A stretch of DNA of 64,000 nt from Nitrosopumilus sp. Lineage in GTDB: Archaea; Thermoproteota; Nitrososphaeria; Nitrososphaerales; Nitrosopumilaceae. A model generated the notes under the pieces. It ran no database searches. It was not told the DNA's origin and saw only the letters and a list, made by a program, of their open reading frames with translations. The position numbers were made by a program, and so were the translations under genes. Position 1 is the stretch's first letter. Each line of letters starts with the position of its first letter. Shown here in pieces: positions 1-11,559 of the stretch. The stretch covers positions 1,024,001-1,088,000 of the forward strand of contig CBDBLX010000002.1 in the NCBI GenBank assembly GCA_965207445.1, written 5' to 3'.

Positions 1-276
1 TCTTTGACTTTGTTGAAAAGATACCTCCTCGAGAACCTGCCCCTGGTGATGTGACTGTGTTTTAACACTGATGGGTATATTGTATTACACATCATGAAAA
101 ATCATATGTGGCGAGTTATATAAATAATCATATTTATTTATATATATTTTAAAAAAGTTATTACACTATGATTTTTTAGATTTTTGGCGTAATCACTAAT
201 TTCACATTTAGATAAATTGGTCATTTATGTTGTCCTAACGGTTAAAGGATATATGTAAGAGGCAAAAATACTAGAC

Positions 277-651
277 ATGTCTACTGATAAAATATACGAT
301 TATTCATTGATGTGTAAGTCCATTATGGATATTGACCCTCAGATACGTTTTGTAGGTGTGATAAATGAACGTGGCCGACTAGTTGCAGGAGGTATGCGTG
401 AAAACGTAGAACCACTTGAGAATGAAAAAGATGATGAGATGATGTTTATGGAACTTGCCTTGCGTGTTAAGATGCGTCGCGACTTTGATTCTCAGTTTGG
501 TGTGGTAAAGTTTGCGCTTGCATTAAGAGAACGAATACTTGCAATCAGCATATTACTAAATGAAGATATTTTGTATGTGGTTGCAGAGCCCGAAGCAGAT
601 TATGGAATTCTTCCAAAAAAAATTCTAGAAATTATTGATGCACAACATTAA
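277..651 (+). CDS. Roadblock-like thaumarchaeal protein (DUF6659-like)
   Basis: IRFVGVINERGRLVAGG...RRDFDSQFG pattern typical of this family. Confidence 0.7.
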   Translation: MSTDKIYDYSLMCKSIMDIDPQIRFVGVINERGRLVAGGMRENVEPLENEKDDEMMFMELALRVKMRRDFDSQFGVVKFALALRERILAISILLNEDILYVVAEPEADYGILPKKILEIIDAQH

Positions 652-993
652 CACAATGTGTGTTCTATTGTGACATGTGCAACTGAGATCATTTTAATCA
701 TTACTTTAACAAATGATCTTACTTTTACATTGTACTGATCATTTTTATACTATGCATTGTTCGTACGTGAGATGTCATTATTTAAAAAGCAAAAATTAGA
801 TGCACTCGAATCCGTCATAATAAACTGATTTATGCCTTGACTGTGTGTTTTTAATATATTCATTAATAATTATTAGTTTTTATCTGTGGTTTGTCTGTGT
901 TGATTATTTGTGATATCAAAAAATGTAAGGTATAAAATTGATCATATGTATACAAAATATATAAAAAGTATTTTTAATATCAGTATATTACTA

Positions 994-1407
994 CTAGGCC
1001 GGTGTAAATCCTTGGTAACCACTTGTCTGCTCTGCTTTGTCTGTAAAGTTTGGCTCAAACAATGATATGAGATAGTCATCTGGATCACGTATGACTGCAT
1101 TTTTACCTGCATCTTTCTCTATGATATCTCTGTGTATCGTGACGCCTTTTGTGCGTAGTTCTTCCACTGCAGACTTTAGATCACCTACTAAAAATCCAAT
1201 TGTGATTCCATTCTCAATTGAACTTCCTATGTGTGTTGCAGTCAGAGATGCAGGATGCAGACTCAACAATGCTCCAGAAACTCCGAGGTCTATCCATGCA
1301 CGTCTTTGATTCTTTATTGGCAGTCCTATGATCTCGTGATAGAATTCAAGTGATTTGTCGATGTCTTTTACTGCTAGTATGACGTTTCCAACTCGTTTAA
1401 TATTCAT
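994..1407 (-). CDS. VOC/glyoxalase family protein
   Basis: VILAVKDIDKSLEFY...IRDPDDYLISLFE; start taken at MNIKR. Confidence 0.85.
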   Translation of the reverse strand: MNIKRVGNVILAVKDIDKSLEFYHEIIGLPIKNQRRAWIDLGVSGALLSLHPASLTATHIGSSIENGITIGFLVGDLKSAVEELRTKGVTIHRDIIEKDAGKNAVIRDPDDYLISLFEPNFTDKAEQTSGYQGFTPA

Positions 1408-1723
1408 GTGTATACTGTGTGATAAGCTCTTTAAATCCATTTTGATTTGATGTTAATTATGTGGGGTCCCAAAACAAGTTCACCCCTATATCCAAATAAT
1501 TTGTGAGCATGAGGTGTGTTATTATCATCACCATATGTTGAGGTACCAACATTATTTTATTTTTGACTCTTTTGTGTTTTTTCTGATAATCTATTCTACT
1601 ATGAACTGATCCGGCTTATCCACAATTCTAAATTTCTGATTTCTGATATAACGCCACCGGGGGCTTTTGTGTCGATGCGTACGACGCGTATTGTATTTGT
1701 TTGTGATTCGCACATTTTCATTT

Positions 1724-1870
1724 GTGTGAATCAAACTCATTGGACACAATAATGAAATCACATACTTGTATTTGGTTACACTTGCTTGCATATCGAGTAT
1801 CGCGCATGTGATACATTTGGCTAGGAGTTATTTTTGAATAATCATATCAGTCATGGATGTTGATTTGCAC
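1724..1870 (+). mobile_element. ~148-bp MITE-like repeat, family B (copy 1, degenerate)
   Basis: Colinear similarity to 4796, 23975, 41508 and 59413; ends GTGTGAATCAAACTC and TTGATTTGCAC. Confidence 0.75.
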
Positions 1871-1919
1871 GCTTTTGAGACTAGTCAATGATACTATGAT
1901 GATTATGATACTATGATGA

Positions 1920-3035
1920 TTATGATGTTAGATTTGATACAATATCTGTGAACTTTTCAGAAGCGATCGGTTCTATATTCATAATCTTTACATTTTCACT
2001 TACATGCTCTGGGGTTTTTTGTCCAACTAGTGGTGCTAGTACTCCGGGTGCAGATCGTATGAACTGTAATGCACGTAGTGATGGAATCAAGTCTTCAAAT
2101 TCTGGCATGGTTCCCTGTTGTAGTAGCCTTCCTTGCATAAACGGCACGCTTGTAAATATGCCTATTCCAAGTGTGGATGCTGCTTGTAGTATGGACATTG
2201 ATTTGTCCTGTACTGTCTGATGTTTTGATAATAGAGCTTGGTCATAGTACATATTAAATGGTAACTGTACAAATTTAAACCCATTATTCTTACCTCCGAT
2301 CTCACGCGCCATATTCACTATTGTTTCAAGTGACAAATATTGAGGATTACCCTTGTCTACTCTAAAGCACTCCCATGTTGCCATTCCATAGTATCTGATC
2401 GTGCCCCTTGTACGCTTTTCTTCATACATTCTGATTACCTTTTCTAATTTCTCCATAAACTGTTCATGCGATACATCTTTCATCTGACCCTCTACTGCGT
2501 TGTGCAGATATACTAGATCAATACATTCAACGTTTAGATTTTTGAGACTGCGATCTATCTGATCTGAGAGATACTCTGGTGTCATACAGTGATACGATGA
2601 TGTAATGTCATCTGGTTTTATTATCTGGGTATCTGTATACTCTTGTTTTACATACTCCCAAAAACCCATATTCACATCTGCATCATTTGTGACATAACCT
2701 CCCTTTGTACATACAAAGAGTTGCTCGCGTATTGTGGGGTCATCTTGACTCAATTCGTTTATTGCTCTTCCAACTGAGCGTTCTGCCTTTTGAGATCTAT
2801 AATTTATCGCAGTATCTATAACATTAATTCCTGCATGAATGGATTTGACTACTGCATCTTTGACCATCTCATCTGTCTTATCATCTGCATCCCCTAGGTA
2901 CGTTCCAATACCCACGTTTGATAATGTTAGTTCTTCAAATGTCTTGTAATTGGTATTTAGCGCTGTTGATTGCTGTGCAAACTTTTTTGTACCCTCTGGT
3001 GTGGCATGTCCGGTTATCATACGAATACTCGTCAC
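1920..3035 (-). CDS. Aldo/keto reductase
   Basis: GIGTYLG, IDTAINYR, SERSVG and IDLVYLHN motifs. Confidence 0.9.
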   Translation of the reverse strand: MTSIRMITGHATPEGTKKFAQQSTALNTNYKTFEELTLSNVGIGTYLGDADDKTDEMVKDAVVKSIHAGINVIDTAINYRSQKAERSVGRAINELSQDDPTIREQLFVCTKGGYVTNDADVNMGFWEYVKQEYTDTQIIKPDDITSSYHCMTPEYLSDQIDRSLKNLNVECIDLVYLHNAVEGQMKDVSHEQFMEKLEKVIRMYEEKRTRGTIRYYGMATWECFRVDKGNPQYLSLETIVNMAREIGGKNNGFKFVQLPFNMYYDQALLSKHQTVQDKSMSILQAASTLGIGIFTSVPFMQGRLLQQGTMPEFEDLIPSLRALQFIRSAPGVLAPLVGQKTPEHVSENVKIMNIEPIASEKFTDIVSNLTS

Positions 3036-3205
3036 TTGATAAATTTATAATTTTATCATAATGCTTGTAACTCTCCACATTACACTTTATGCACAAACTT
3101 TACCATTTGTGATACAAAATGGTGATTGAACGGCTAATTAGGATATCTTCAACATGCGACTGCTTGTCGTTCATACAATATAAAGAGTAAAATGTACATA
3201 TTATG

Positions 3206-4114
3206 TTAATTTGGTATTATATCAAATGTTGCCACAAGCACTCCAACTATAAGCAGCACACCTGTTATGCGGCTAAATAATAACACTTTTGACAAGTGTG
3301 GTAATAGTATGTCAGTTGTGCTTGTGTGATGTTTAAACAACCCTCTACCTGCAAGTACAGCCAATGGAATTGTTGCAAGGGTTATCAGTATTGTAAGTGG
3401 TAGCGCACCCATCACGACACTTGTGATGATTGCTGCATATGTCACACCTGGAAACACCCAAAACATGCGCGCTGCGCGCCTTTTTCCAAGTACAATGACT
3501 AGTGTGCGACGTCCTTTTGACTTGTCTGCTGTATAGTCTGGAAATGATGCTACAAATAACACAAGTGATGATAGTGTGCCTATTGCAATGCTTGCAAGTG
3601 TGGCATCTATACTAAATTCTCCATATTGGATGTAAAATGACCCCAACACTATCATACTGCCCTTTACTGCCACAAAAAACTCACCTAGTCCAGAATTGAC
3701 TATCTTTGTAGAGTAAAAGTAAATTGACAATATTGCAAATCCAAGTATTGCTGCTATAATTACTCCATGTGTTACAACAAAGTACATTCCTATGGCGCCA
3801 CCAATCAAAAGTGATCCGAGCCCTGCTCTGTACACTGAAGACGGCTTTAGTAGTCCTTCTGGGAGAACCCCTGTCCCTCCACTTATCTTGGTTCTATCTG
3901 TGATCGTGTCTATTCCACGTTTATAGTCCCAATAGTCATTGAGCAGGTCCACACTTACATGTAGTGCTATTACTCCTGCAAGTGTTAATACTGCATCAAA
4001 AATATCTAGTGTGCCTGTGTGTCTTGATGATATTGCAAATGCTACTATAACTGCAATTACAGATGCGAGTAAAAAACGAACTCGTATTACACGCAACCAT
4101 ACTGATATGGACAT
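3206..4114 (-). CDS. menA: UbiA/MenA-family prenyltransferase
   Basis: NDYWDYKRGID and DYTADKSKGRRTL motifs; multiple transmembrane segments. Confidence 0.8.
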   Translation of the reverse strand: MSISVWLRVIRVRFLLASVIAVIVAFAISSRHTGTLDIFDAVLTLAGVIALHVSVDLLNDYWDYKRGIDTITDRTKISGGTGVLPEGLLKPSSVYRAGLGSLLIGGAIGMYFVVTHGVIIAAILGFAILSIYFYSTKIVNSGLGEFFVAVKGSMIVLGSFYIQYGEFSIDATLASIAIGTLSSLVLFVASFPDYTADKSKGRRTLVIVLGKRRAARMFWVFPGVTYAAIITSVVMGALPLTILITLATIPLAVLAGRGLFKHHTSTTDILLPHLSKVLLFSRITGVLLIVGVLVATFDIIPN

Positions 4115-4275
4115 GATAATGATGATGTATAATACATAATAATATTTCTACCATTTGTGTCAAATGACAGCATCAATATCTGTATAATTTTTAGATCTAT
4201 CAATTACATTTGATATAATTATAAATGAAAAAGTAATTTTACACAAAGTACGTATTTTAATACCAATGAGTATAA

Positions 4276-4719
4276 TCATACCAGTGACTCGTCGTTTACC
4301 TCAATTGGCTTTCTACCCATAAAACCATTGTCCATATCATGCCAGAACTTTATCTCCGTTTCTCCAAACTTCCAGCACAACCATACGTCTTTATCAAACC
4401 GCTTTGAGGGAAAGTCAACTAGTCCCTCATCAAGTCCTTTAAGTGAGACGCCCATTGACTCTATTAATTCAATTGTATGATATAGTCTAGTGACAGCTGA
4501 GTTTAATTTTTGTTTCAACTCTATGTATGTTTTCAGTGGGTTGAGATGTCTATTGTCACTGTATGTTTCGCTTTGAGCAATACTTGCATCTGTCATTATT
4601 ACCTGAATTCTTTTCTCTATCATTGTAATTTCGTTGCGTATCTCAAGTGCTTTTTTAAATTTTTCATTGATCTCTGGCAGTGTTGCATTTGCCTCTGAAA
4701 TGGTAAAATATTTGAACAT
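4276..4719 (-). CDS. DUF2203 family protein
   Basis: FTISEANATLP...GLVDFPS...LCWKFGE..I.FWH. Confidence 0.85.
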   Translation of the reverse strand: MFKYFTISEANATLPEINEKFKKALEIRNEITMIEKRIQVIMTDASIAQSETYSDNRHLNPLKTYIELKQKLNSAVTRLYHTIELIESMGVSLKGLDEGLVDFPSKRFDKDVWLCWKFGETEIKFWHDMDNGFMGRKPIEVNDESLV

Positions 4720-4795
4720 GTTTAATGTTGAATTTGCGGTGTTAAAAATCTTGTATCGTATGTGTATTAGTTTTAAACTACTGTAGGTTGTATTA

Positions 4796-4942
4796 CATGT
4801 GAACCAAGATCTTTGGATGCAATAATGAAATCACATACATGTATTGGTCACATTTCTGTTTGTATATTGAGTATCGTACATGTGGTGCATCTGCATGAGT
4901 AATTTTTGAATGATTACATCAGTCATAAAGATTGATTCACAC
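4796..4942 (+). mobile_element. MITE-like repeat, family B (copy 2)
   Basis: TGTGAACCAAGATCT...ATTGATTCACAC; shared core CAATAATGAAATCACATA and ATCAGTCAT. Confidence 0.75.
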
Positions 4943-5228
4943 TATATTAAATCATATTTTTTGATTTGTTTAATATATGGTGAATTATTCTTTACAAATG
5001 ATATTTTACAACACTGGAATTGAAAAATCAAATTGTTGAAAACTACATGTGTCGTTCTAATTATAATCTGTCTATTTAATATTACATGTATAAATATGAT
5101 GTAATTTCTTATCTCTATATTTTCAATTACTGCCCATCATCATCATCACCATATAATATTACTTGAACAACATGTGGTTTTTATAAAAATAAAGTGATAT
5201 TAATATGGCACATATTTTTATCATTATT

Positions 5229-5504
5229 ATGCAAAAAATAAAGTGCTCACACATACTAGTTGAAAAACAGACTCAGGCACTCTCTGTTCTTGAGCGACTC
5301 GAATCTGGTGAAAAATTTGGCAAGATTGCAAAAGAGGTCTCAATTGATACTCCAAGTGCAAAACGAGATGGGAATCTAGGATATTTTACACGTGGCAAGA
5401 TGGTAAAAAAGTTCGAAGATGTAGCATTTGCTTTACAAGTAGGACAAATATCAGAACCAGTAAAGACTGAATATGGGTATCATATTATAAAACGAACATC
5501 ATAA
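5229..5504 (+). CDS. Parvulin-type peptidyl-prolyl isomerase
   Basis: KCSHILV...GNLGYF.RGKMV..FE..AF...PVKTEYGYHII; start taken at MQKIK. Confidence 0.9.
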   Translation: MQKIKCSHILVEKQTQALSVLERLESGEKFGKIAKEVSIDTPSAKRDGNLGYFTRGKMVKKFEDVAFALQVGQISEPVKTEYGYHIIKRTS

Positions 5505-5702
5505 ATGGACATTACGCATTGATTACACATTTGATCAAATTTCAATGCAACAGTGTTTCAAATAAAGAATCAAAAATTCCATAGTAGACAAACATTGATG
5601 GATCAAGAACAACAAATGTATACATGAAAGATCAAAATATTTAGAATTACTGTTCTAATCACTAAACACATGCACCATACAGTCACATTCTTTGATCACA
5701 TA

Positions 5703-7295
5703 TTACATAAACGAGTCAAGTTTTGCACTTTTTTGTTGTTCACTAGCATCTTCACTACTTGCTACATCATCATAACTGTCATTGCTGATACCCTCATTAT
5801 CGGTGTCATCTCCTCGATTTATCTCCAAAAGATCTGACATTGTACCACCCATCGACTTTGCAGTCTTTATCTTTCTCTTTCCTATCCAATAATATGCCTC
5901 ATCTATGGTCCCTTTTGCAATCAATACTATCAACCTGCCGTCTGCTTTGCGTCCTGTTCTTCCTCGACGCTGAACATATCTAATGGAACTTGGAACGTTG
6001 TCATAAAATATTACATGATTTACCTCTGCAATGTCTAATCCTTCTTCTCCTACTCTAGTTGCTACCATTATGCGAAACTCGTCGTCTCTAAAACGTCTTA
6101 CAGTATCGACTTGCTCTTTTTGTTTTAGACCTGTCTTACCTGCCTTACCTATCAATTTACCTGATTTGATTCCTATATTGTCTAGTGTCTCACATATCAT
6201 ATCAACAGAGTCCCTATAACTAGTAAATATCAAGACCTTGCCACTTATTCCTTTGATCAGCTCTACGAGCTTTGAAATTTTAGGATGTTCTTTACCATTT
6301 TGTTGCATATGTTGTGCAAGTGAGACTGCTTGTGTAAAGTTCGGGTCGACTTCAAATAACTCCCTTATACCTACACCTTTTTTGGCACGTGCGCGTTGGC
6401 AGAACTTTAAAAATGGTGCAACACCGTGCGCCTCTAGTATACTTTGTGCATAATGTATCCTGATTGCTGTAAATAGTGGTGTTGCCGCAGCTCGCTTGTG
6501 ATCTAGTACGTAATCTCGTAACCGCAACAAGCTTGAAAGAGATGGATTATCATCCACACTTATTTTGTAACTGCGCATTATATCACATCTAAGTTTCAAA
6601 GCATTATGCAAAAGATTTTGTATTTTTTTGAGTTCTGGTGTTAAATCTACTCTGAACCACTCTGTCTCTGTTTTCTGTATATATGGTATGACATCAGGAC
6701 TTGACTCGCTGCGCTCTGCAACACTTGCAATGTATAGCCTTGATATTATCTCAGTTGCCTTTTCAATGTCACTTGGAAGCGTTGCTGTCATTCCTAGTAT
6801 GCGCGGTGACGTCGCCTCTAGCGCACTTGCTATTGCAGAGTATGCGTAATCACCTGTTGTACGATGTGCCTCATCAAATATCACCAATCCAAACATATCT
6901 GGAGTTATTATTTCACGACTCAAATCATTTTTAGTAATCTCTGGTGTTGCACATATTACACTTGCATTCCATAATCTTTTACGTGCAGATATGGAATCCC
7001 CACCAGTCACTAGTGATATGTCATCTATTGTAAGTGCATTTTGTAAAAATGTGTAATGCTGATTTACAAGTACACGTGTGGGTGCTAAAAATAACACTGC
7101 ACCAAATGACACATCCTCTGTTATGTTTGTCATATGTGATGCAATCACTTGTAGCGCAATTGCAGTTTTACCTAGACCTGTTGGAAGTACTATTATGCAG
7201 TTCTCTTTTGATGCTTGTGCTGCCATATCTGTCTGATATTTTCTATACTCTATGGTATTTTTGGCCACATACTTCATCTCGACGTATGATACCAT
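5703..7295 (-). CDS. Hef/FANCM-like SF2 helicase without a nuclease domain
   Basis: LPTGLGKT, DEAH, TAT, EEGLDI and QRRGRTGR motifs. Confidence 0.9.
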   Translation of the reverse strand: MVSYVEMKYVAKNTIEYRKYQTDMAAQASKENCIIVLPTGLGKTAIALQVIASHMTNITEDVSFGAVLFLAPTRVLVNQHYTFLQNALTIDDISLVTGGDSISARKRLWNASVICATPEITKNDLSREIITPDMFGLVIFDEAHRTTGDYAYSAIASALEATSPRILGMTATLPSDIEKATEIISRLYIASVAERSESSPDVIPYIQKTETEWFRVDLTPELKKIQNLLHNALKLRCDIMRSYKISVDDNPSLSSLLRLRDYVLDHKRAAATPLFTAIRIHYAQSILEAHGVAPFLKFCQRARAKKGVGIRELFEVDPNFTQAVSLAQHMQQNGKEHPKISKLVELIKGISGKVLIFTSYRDSVDMICETLDNIGIKSGKLIGKAGKTGLKQKEQVDTVRRFRDDEFRIMVATRVGEEGLDIAEVNHVIFYDNVPSSIRYVQRRGRTGRKADGRLIVLIAKGTIDEAYYWIGKRKIKTAKSMGGTMSDLLEINRGDDTDNEGISNDSYDDVASSEDASEQQKSAKLDSFM

Positions 7296-7342
7296 GACAG
7301 GAAATTTTTGATGGTAGTTTTATCTTTTATGATTATGTTTTG

Positions 7343-7422
7343 GCAACTGTTTGTTCATCTCCCAAATTTAGGCACAGATTTATCGCCTCACGTATGGCAC
7401 AAACGGGAGGTTGAGCGGTTAC
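7343..7422 (-). mobile_element. ~81-bp GTAAC...GTTAC MITE, family A (degenerate, inverted copy)
   Basis: Reverse complement shares GTAACCGCTCAACC and GATAAATCTGTGCCTAAATTTG with 48503-48583. Confidence 0.75.
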
Positions 7423-7589
7423 AGTGATTGTTCATGACGTTGAGTGTCAAATATGATGTATAATTTGTACAAAATTCAAATTATCAATTTAATGATCGAA
7501 AAATAAAATAATCTAATGTATGGTGAGCTTTATGACAAATCTGCTTTTTGTTGCGTTATACATAAAACCCCACTTATCATACACTATTC

Positions 7590-8108
7590 ATGTCTAAGCA
7601 TTTTGAAAGACCTAGTTGGGATGAATATTTTATGCTACAAGCAGAGCTTGCAAAACTACGCTCAAATTGCATCACACGTAAAGTGGGGGCTGTAATTGTA
7701 AGGAATCACCGTCAGATTGCAACAGGCTATAACGGAACACCGCCTGGAATTAAAAATTGCTACGAAGGTGGTTGTGAGAGATGTATGCGACGCATGAAAA
7801 ATGAGATACCCTCGGGTGCTTGTCTGGACAAATGTATGTGCAATCATGCAGAGGCAAATGCAATAATGCATTGTGCCCTACTGGGTATAGAGACATTATC
7901 TGCAAAAGATACTACATTATACACAACTTATGTGCCGTGTTTAGAGTGCACTAAAATGGCAATTACAGTAGGAATTAGGAGATTTGTGTGTCTTGCTGAT
8001 TATACTCAGGATGCCAGTCACCTGACACGTGAGGCATCTGTTGTAGTAGAAAAGATGGATCGCTCTTTACTTTTAAAATGGATAAAAGAACTTGCCTCAC
8101 CCATATAG
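7590..8108 (+). CDS. dCMP deaminase
   Basis: RPSWDEYF, TGYNG, HAEANAI and PCxxC motifs. Confidence 0.9.
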   Translation: MSKHFERPSWDEYFMLQAELAKLRSNCITRKVGAVIVRNHRQIATGYNGTPPGIKNCYEGGCERCMRRMKNEIPSGACLDKCMCNHAEANAIMHCALLGIETLSAKDTTLYTTYVPCLECTKMAITVGIRRFVCLADYTQDASHLTREASVVVEKMDRSLLLKWIKELASPI

Positions 8109-8145
8109 TTTCTAAGCTTATAACTGTCTCATCACAACGATATAT

Positions 8146-10719
8146 GTGAGAGTAGACCTAGGTGAGTCAAAGAACCCTGATAATATGCCCGTATCTATGC
8201 TGGTATCTGCTGTATATGATGGTGCGGCAAAAAAGGCACTGTTAAAGTTTTATGATCCTGACTCTAAGCTATTATATCTGTGGTGGGATGAAACTGCGCA
8301 CAAGCCATATTGTTATTCTAAACTGACACCTAATGAACTCGGATTTATAGAGTCACGAAAAGATGTATTTGAAGTCAAACAGGTAAAAAAACATAGTCTT
8401 ATTGATGATGCATCATGTACACTAACAAAAATTACCACATTTGATCCACTCTCAATTGGTGGTAAATCATACGGAGACAACTCTGAGCGTAGTATACGTG
8501 ATATAATTGACACGTGGGAGTCTGATATTAAATATTATGAGACATATGTCTATGACCGACAGATGATTGTCGGCAGGTATTACAAGGTCGAATCTGGCAT
8601 CCTGTCACCTGTTAACGTTGAGATATCCGATGAAGTCAACTTGGCACTAAAGAGTCTGCTATGGGATCATGTGGACAGTGAGAGTATGGTGGATGCTGAT
8701 GAGTTTCGTAAATGCATCTCTGACTGGGCCGAACTGCTCAATCAACCAATCCCTCAGATAAAACGACTCAGTGTAGATATAGAGGTAGAGTCGCCTAGTG
8801 GAAGACTACCTGATGCAAAAGTTGCAGACAACATCATAACTGCAGTGGGATTTGCAGGATCTAATGGTTTTGGAACCGTTCTAGTTCTAAAGACCAAAGA
8901 TACACCGCAAGGAGTAAACGAACTTGATCCTACAACAATTAATGTAAAATTTTACGAGCCTGATTGTGAGGTACAGATGATAAAAGATGCATTTGAAATT
9001 ATAAGTTCATACCCATTTGTACTCACATACAATGGAGATGACTTTGATCTGCCATATCTGTATAATAGAGCCGAGCGTCTTGGTATCAAAAAAGATGATA
9101 ATCCATTATACATGATGAAAGATGCTGCATCTCTTAAACAAGGTGTGCATATAGATCTCTACAAAACAATGTCAAATAGATCATTTCAGATATATGCATT
9201 TGGTTTCAAATACACTGACTTTTCACTAAATAGTGTCTCAAAGGCATTGTTGGGAAAAGAGAAGATTGATTATGGGTTAAAGTTTGATGAAATGACATTA
9301 TACCAGACTGCCAATTATTGCTATCATGATGCATTACTCACATATGAGTTGACTAGTTTTAATGGTGATATATTGATGAATCTGCTTGTCATCATATCCC
9401 GGATAGGCCGCATGCCAATTGATGATATTGCAAGGCTTGGTGTATCACAATGGATCAGGAGTTTGTTATACTATGAACACCGTATACGTGACTGTATTAT
9501 ACCGCGTAAAGACGAGCTTGCAAAACGTACTGAAGATGTCACGTCTGATGCTGTAATCAAAGACAAAAAGTATAGGGGTGGGTTGGTAGTTGAGCCTCAA
9601 AGTGGTGTTCACTTTAATGTAGTTGTGATGGACTTTGCAAGTCTATACCCGAGTATCATAAAGGTACGTAACTTGTCATATGAGACTGTTAGGTGCACTC
9701 ATGAAGAATGTAAAAAAAATGTCATTCCACAAACAAAACATTGGTCCTGCTCAAAACAAAATGGTATTACATCTATGATAATTGGCTCGTTGCGTGACTT
9801 GCGTGTCAATTATTACAAAAGCCTCTCAAAAAAAGAGACTCTGAGTGATGATCAACGTCAACAATACACTGCAGTCAGTCAAGCACTCAAAGTCATACTG
9901 AATGCAAGCTATGGTGTGATGGGAGCTGAAATATTCCCGTTGTACTTTTTACCTGCTGCTGAGGCCACCACTGCAATTGGCAGACATACTATACTAGAGA
10001 CCATAAAAAAGTGCAAAGAACGTAGCATTGATGTGTTGTATGGGGATACTGATTCACTGTTTATCAAAAATCCTACCAAAGATCAAATTACATATATCAT
10101 TAATCAGGCAAAAGCCGATCATGGCGTTGACTTGGAGATTGACAAAGAGTATCGATATTGTGTTTTGAGTAATAGAAAGAAGAACTATTTGGGGGTCTCA
10201 AAATCAGGCAAGGTGGATGTAAAGGGGCTTACTGGTAAAAAGTCACACACACCGCCATTTATCAAGAAACTATTTGCAGATGTGATTGGTGTTTTATCTA
10301 CTGTTAAAAACCCTGAAGAGTTTGAGCATGCAAAAAATGAAATCTCTATAATGATTAGAAAATATGGTGAGCAGGTTCAAAATTTAGAGATACCACTTGA
10401 GGATATGGCATTTAGTATGATGCTCAGCAAGTCTCCTGCAGAGTACATTAAAACGCAGCCTCAGCACATACGTGCTGCAAGACAACTTGAAGGCATAAAG
10501 GAGTTGAAACGTGGGGACAGGGTCTATTTTTTAAAAACTATTGGAAAACCTGGTGTGAGGCCACTTGAGATAGCACGAAAAAGTGAGATTGATATTACCA
10601 AATATATGGAATTTTTAGAGTCGACACTTGAGCAAGTCACTTCTACTATGGATTTGGACTTTGATGCTATATTAAAAAAACCAAAACAAGTTGGATTGGA
10701 TCAGTTCTTTTGGGGCTGA
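8146..10719 (+). CDS. polB: Family B DNA polymerase (PolB1)
   Basis: DIEV exonuclease motif, YNGDDFD, DFASLYPSII, KVILNASYG, YGDTDS; C-terminal PIP box QVGLDQFF. Confidence 0.97.
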   Translation: MRVDLGESKNPDNMPVSMLVSAVYDGAAKKALLKFYDPDSKLLYLWWDETAHKPYCYSKLTPNELGFIESRKDVFEVKQVKKHSLIDDASCTLTKITTFDPLSIGGKSYGDNSERSIRDIIDTWESDIKYYETYVYDRQMIVGRYYKVESGILSPVNVEISDEVNLALKSLLWDHVDSESMVDADEFRKCISDWAELLNQPIPQIKRLSVDIEVESPSGRLPDAKVADNIITAVGFAGSNGFGTVLVLKTKDTPQGVNELDPTTINVKFYEPDCEVQMIKDAFEIISSYPFVLTYNGDDFDLPYLYNRAERLGIKKDDNPLYMMKDAASLKQGVHIDLYKTMSNRSFQIYAFGFKYTDFSLNSVSKALLGKEKIDYGLKFDEMTLYQTANYCYHDALLTYELTSFNGDILMNLLVIISRIGRMPIDDIARLGVSQWIRSLLYYEHRIRDCIIPRKDELAKRTEDVTSDAVIKDKKYRGGLVVEPQSGVHFNVVVMDFASLYPSIIKVRNLSYETVRCTHEECKKNVIPQTKHWSCSKQNGITSMIIGSLRDLRVNYYKSLSKKETLSDDQRQQYTAVSQALKVILNASYGVMGAEIFPLYFLPAAEATTAIGRHTILETIKKCKERSIDVLYGDTDSLFIKNPTKDQITYIINQAKADHGVDLEIDKEYRYCVLSNRKKNYLGVSKSGKVDVKGLTGKKSHTPPFIKKLFADVIGVLSTVKNPEEFEHAKNEISIMIRKYGEQVQNLEIPLEDMAFSMMLSKSPAEYIKTQPQHIRAARQLEGIKELKRGDRVYFLKTIGKPGVRPLEIARKSEIDITKYMEFLESTLEQVTSTMDLDFDAILKKPKQVGLDQFFWG

Positions 10720-10723
10720 GTAT

Positions 10724-11023
10724 ATGGTTGAGCACCATTTTTTTGTTGACAGCTTTATACTGCATATAATTGGAATTTTGGCAGGTATTTTTATCCTTGC
10801 TGGGTGGGCCGAGCAGATATACAAAGGGTACAAGACAAAGCATCTGCAAGATGTCTCAACATATTTGATTATATTTATAGGAGCTGGTGCTGCTTTGTGG
10901 ACCATATATGGTGTATTTTTAAATGATGTATTTATTATTGGAACTAATGTGGCAGCTATTGTATTGATGGGTATAGTTTTAGCTATGCAAAAGAAATATG
11001 CAAACCAATCTAATAATATGTGA
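10724..11023 (+). CDS. SemiSWEET/PQ-loop membrane protein
   Basis: Three hydrophobic helices; QIYKGYKTK...DVS...LWTIYG...N pattern. Confidence 0.7.
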   Translation: MVEHHFFVDSFILHIIGILAGIFILAGWAEQIYKGYKTKHLQDVSTYLIIFIGAGAALWTIYGVFLNDVFIIGTNVAAIVLMGIVLAMQKKYANQSNNM

Positions 11024-11086
11024 TGTTTGGTTTTATAATTGTGTGTGTTGTATATGATGTGTATTGTTAATATATATATATTTTAA

Positions 11087-11172
11087 TATATATGTTATTA
11101 ATATATATGTTATTAATATGTATGTTATTAATGTGTATGTTATTAATGTGTATTTTAATATGTATGTTATTA
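11087..11172. repeat. Degenerate 14-bp tandem repeat (ATATATGTTATTAA-like)
   Basis: Directly visible tandem array in intergenic DNA. Confidence 0.8.
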
Positions 11173-11559
11173 TTTTTTAATATATTTTTTAAATACTCTC
11201 ATAGTTAAAATTATATGAAAAACACACTGGATAAAATCGATAATGTGCGATATAATTCAACAAAAATACAAAACAGATTATGTATGAAAATGAATATTTA
11301 AATATGTGATACATCTTGTAATCAGAAATGAACGCGTCCTGTAGATTTTATACTCTTGTGATATGTACATCCAATTGTATTGTTTGGAACACTCATTATG
11401 TTTACATACTGATCTATGACTTGTTTAAGTTGAACTATATTCACAGTAAATCATTTCTGGTTCGTTTGAGTGCCAATTTTCATAAAAACTCATATAAATT
11501 AATTACAAGTGTATCATATATCATACATATTAAATAACAGTTGATTTGAATTAAAAAAG

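Noticed and set aside
5703..7295. Hef helicase without a nuclease domain
   Set aside because: Separate helicase and XPF genes occur in other archaea, and the ORF is intact.
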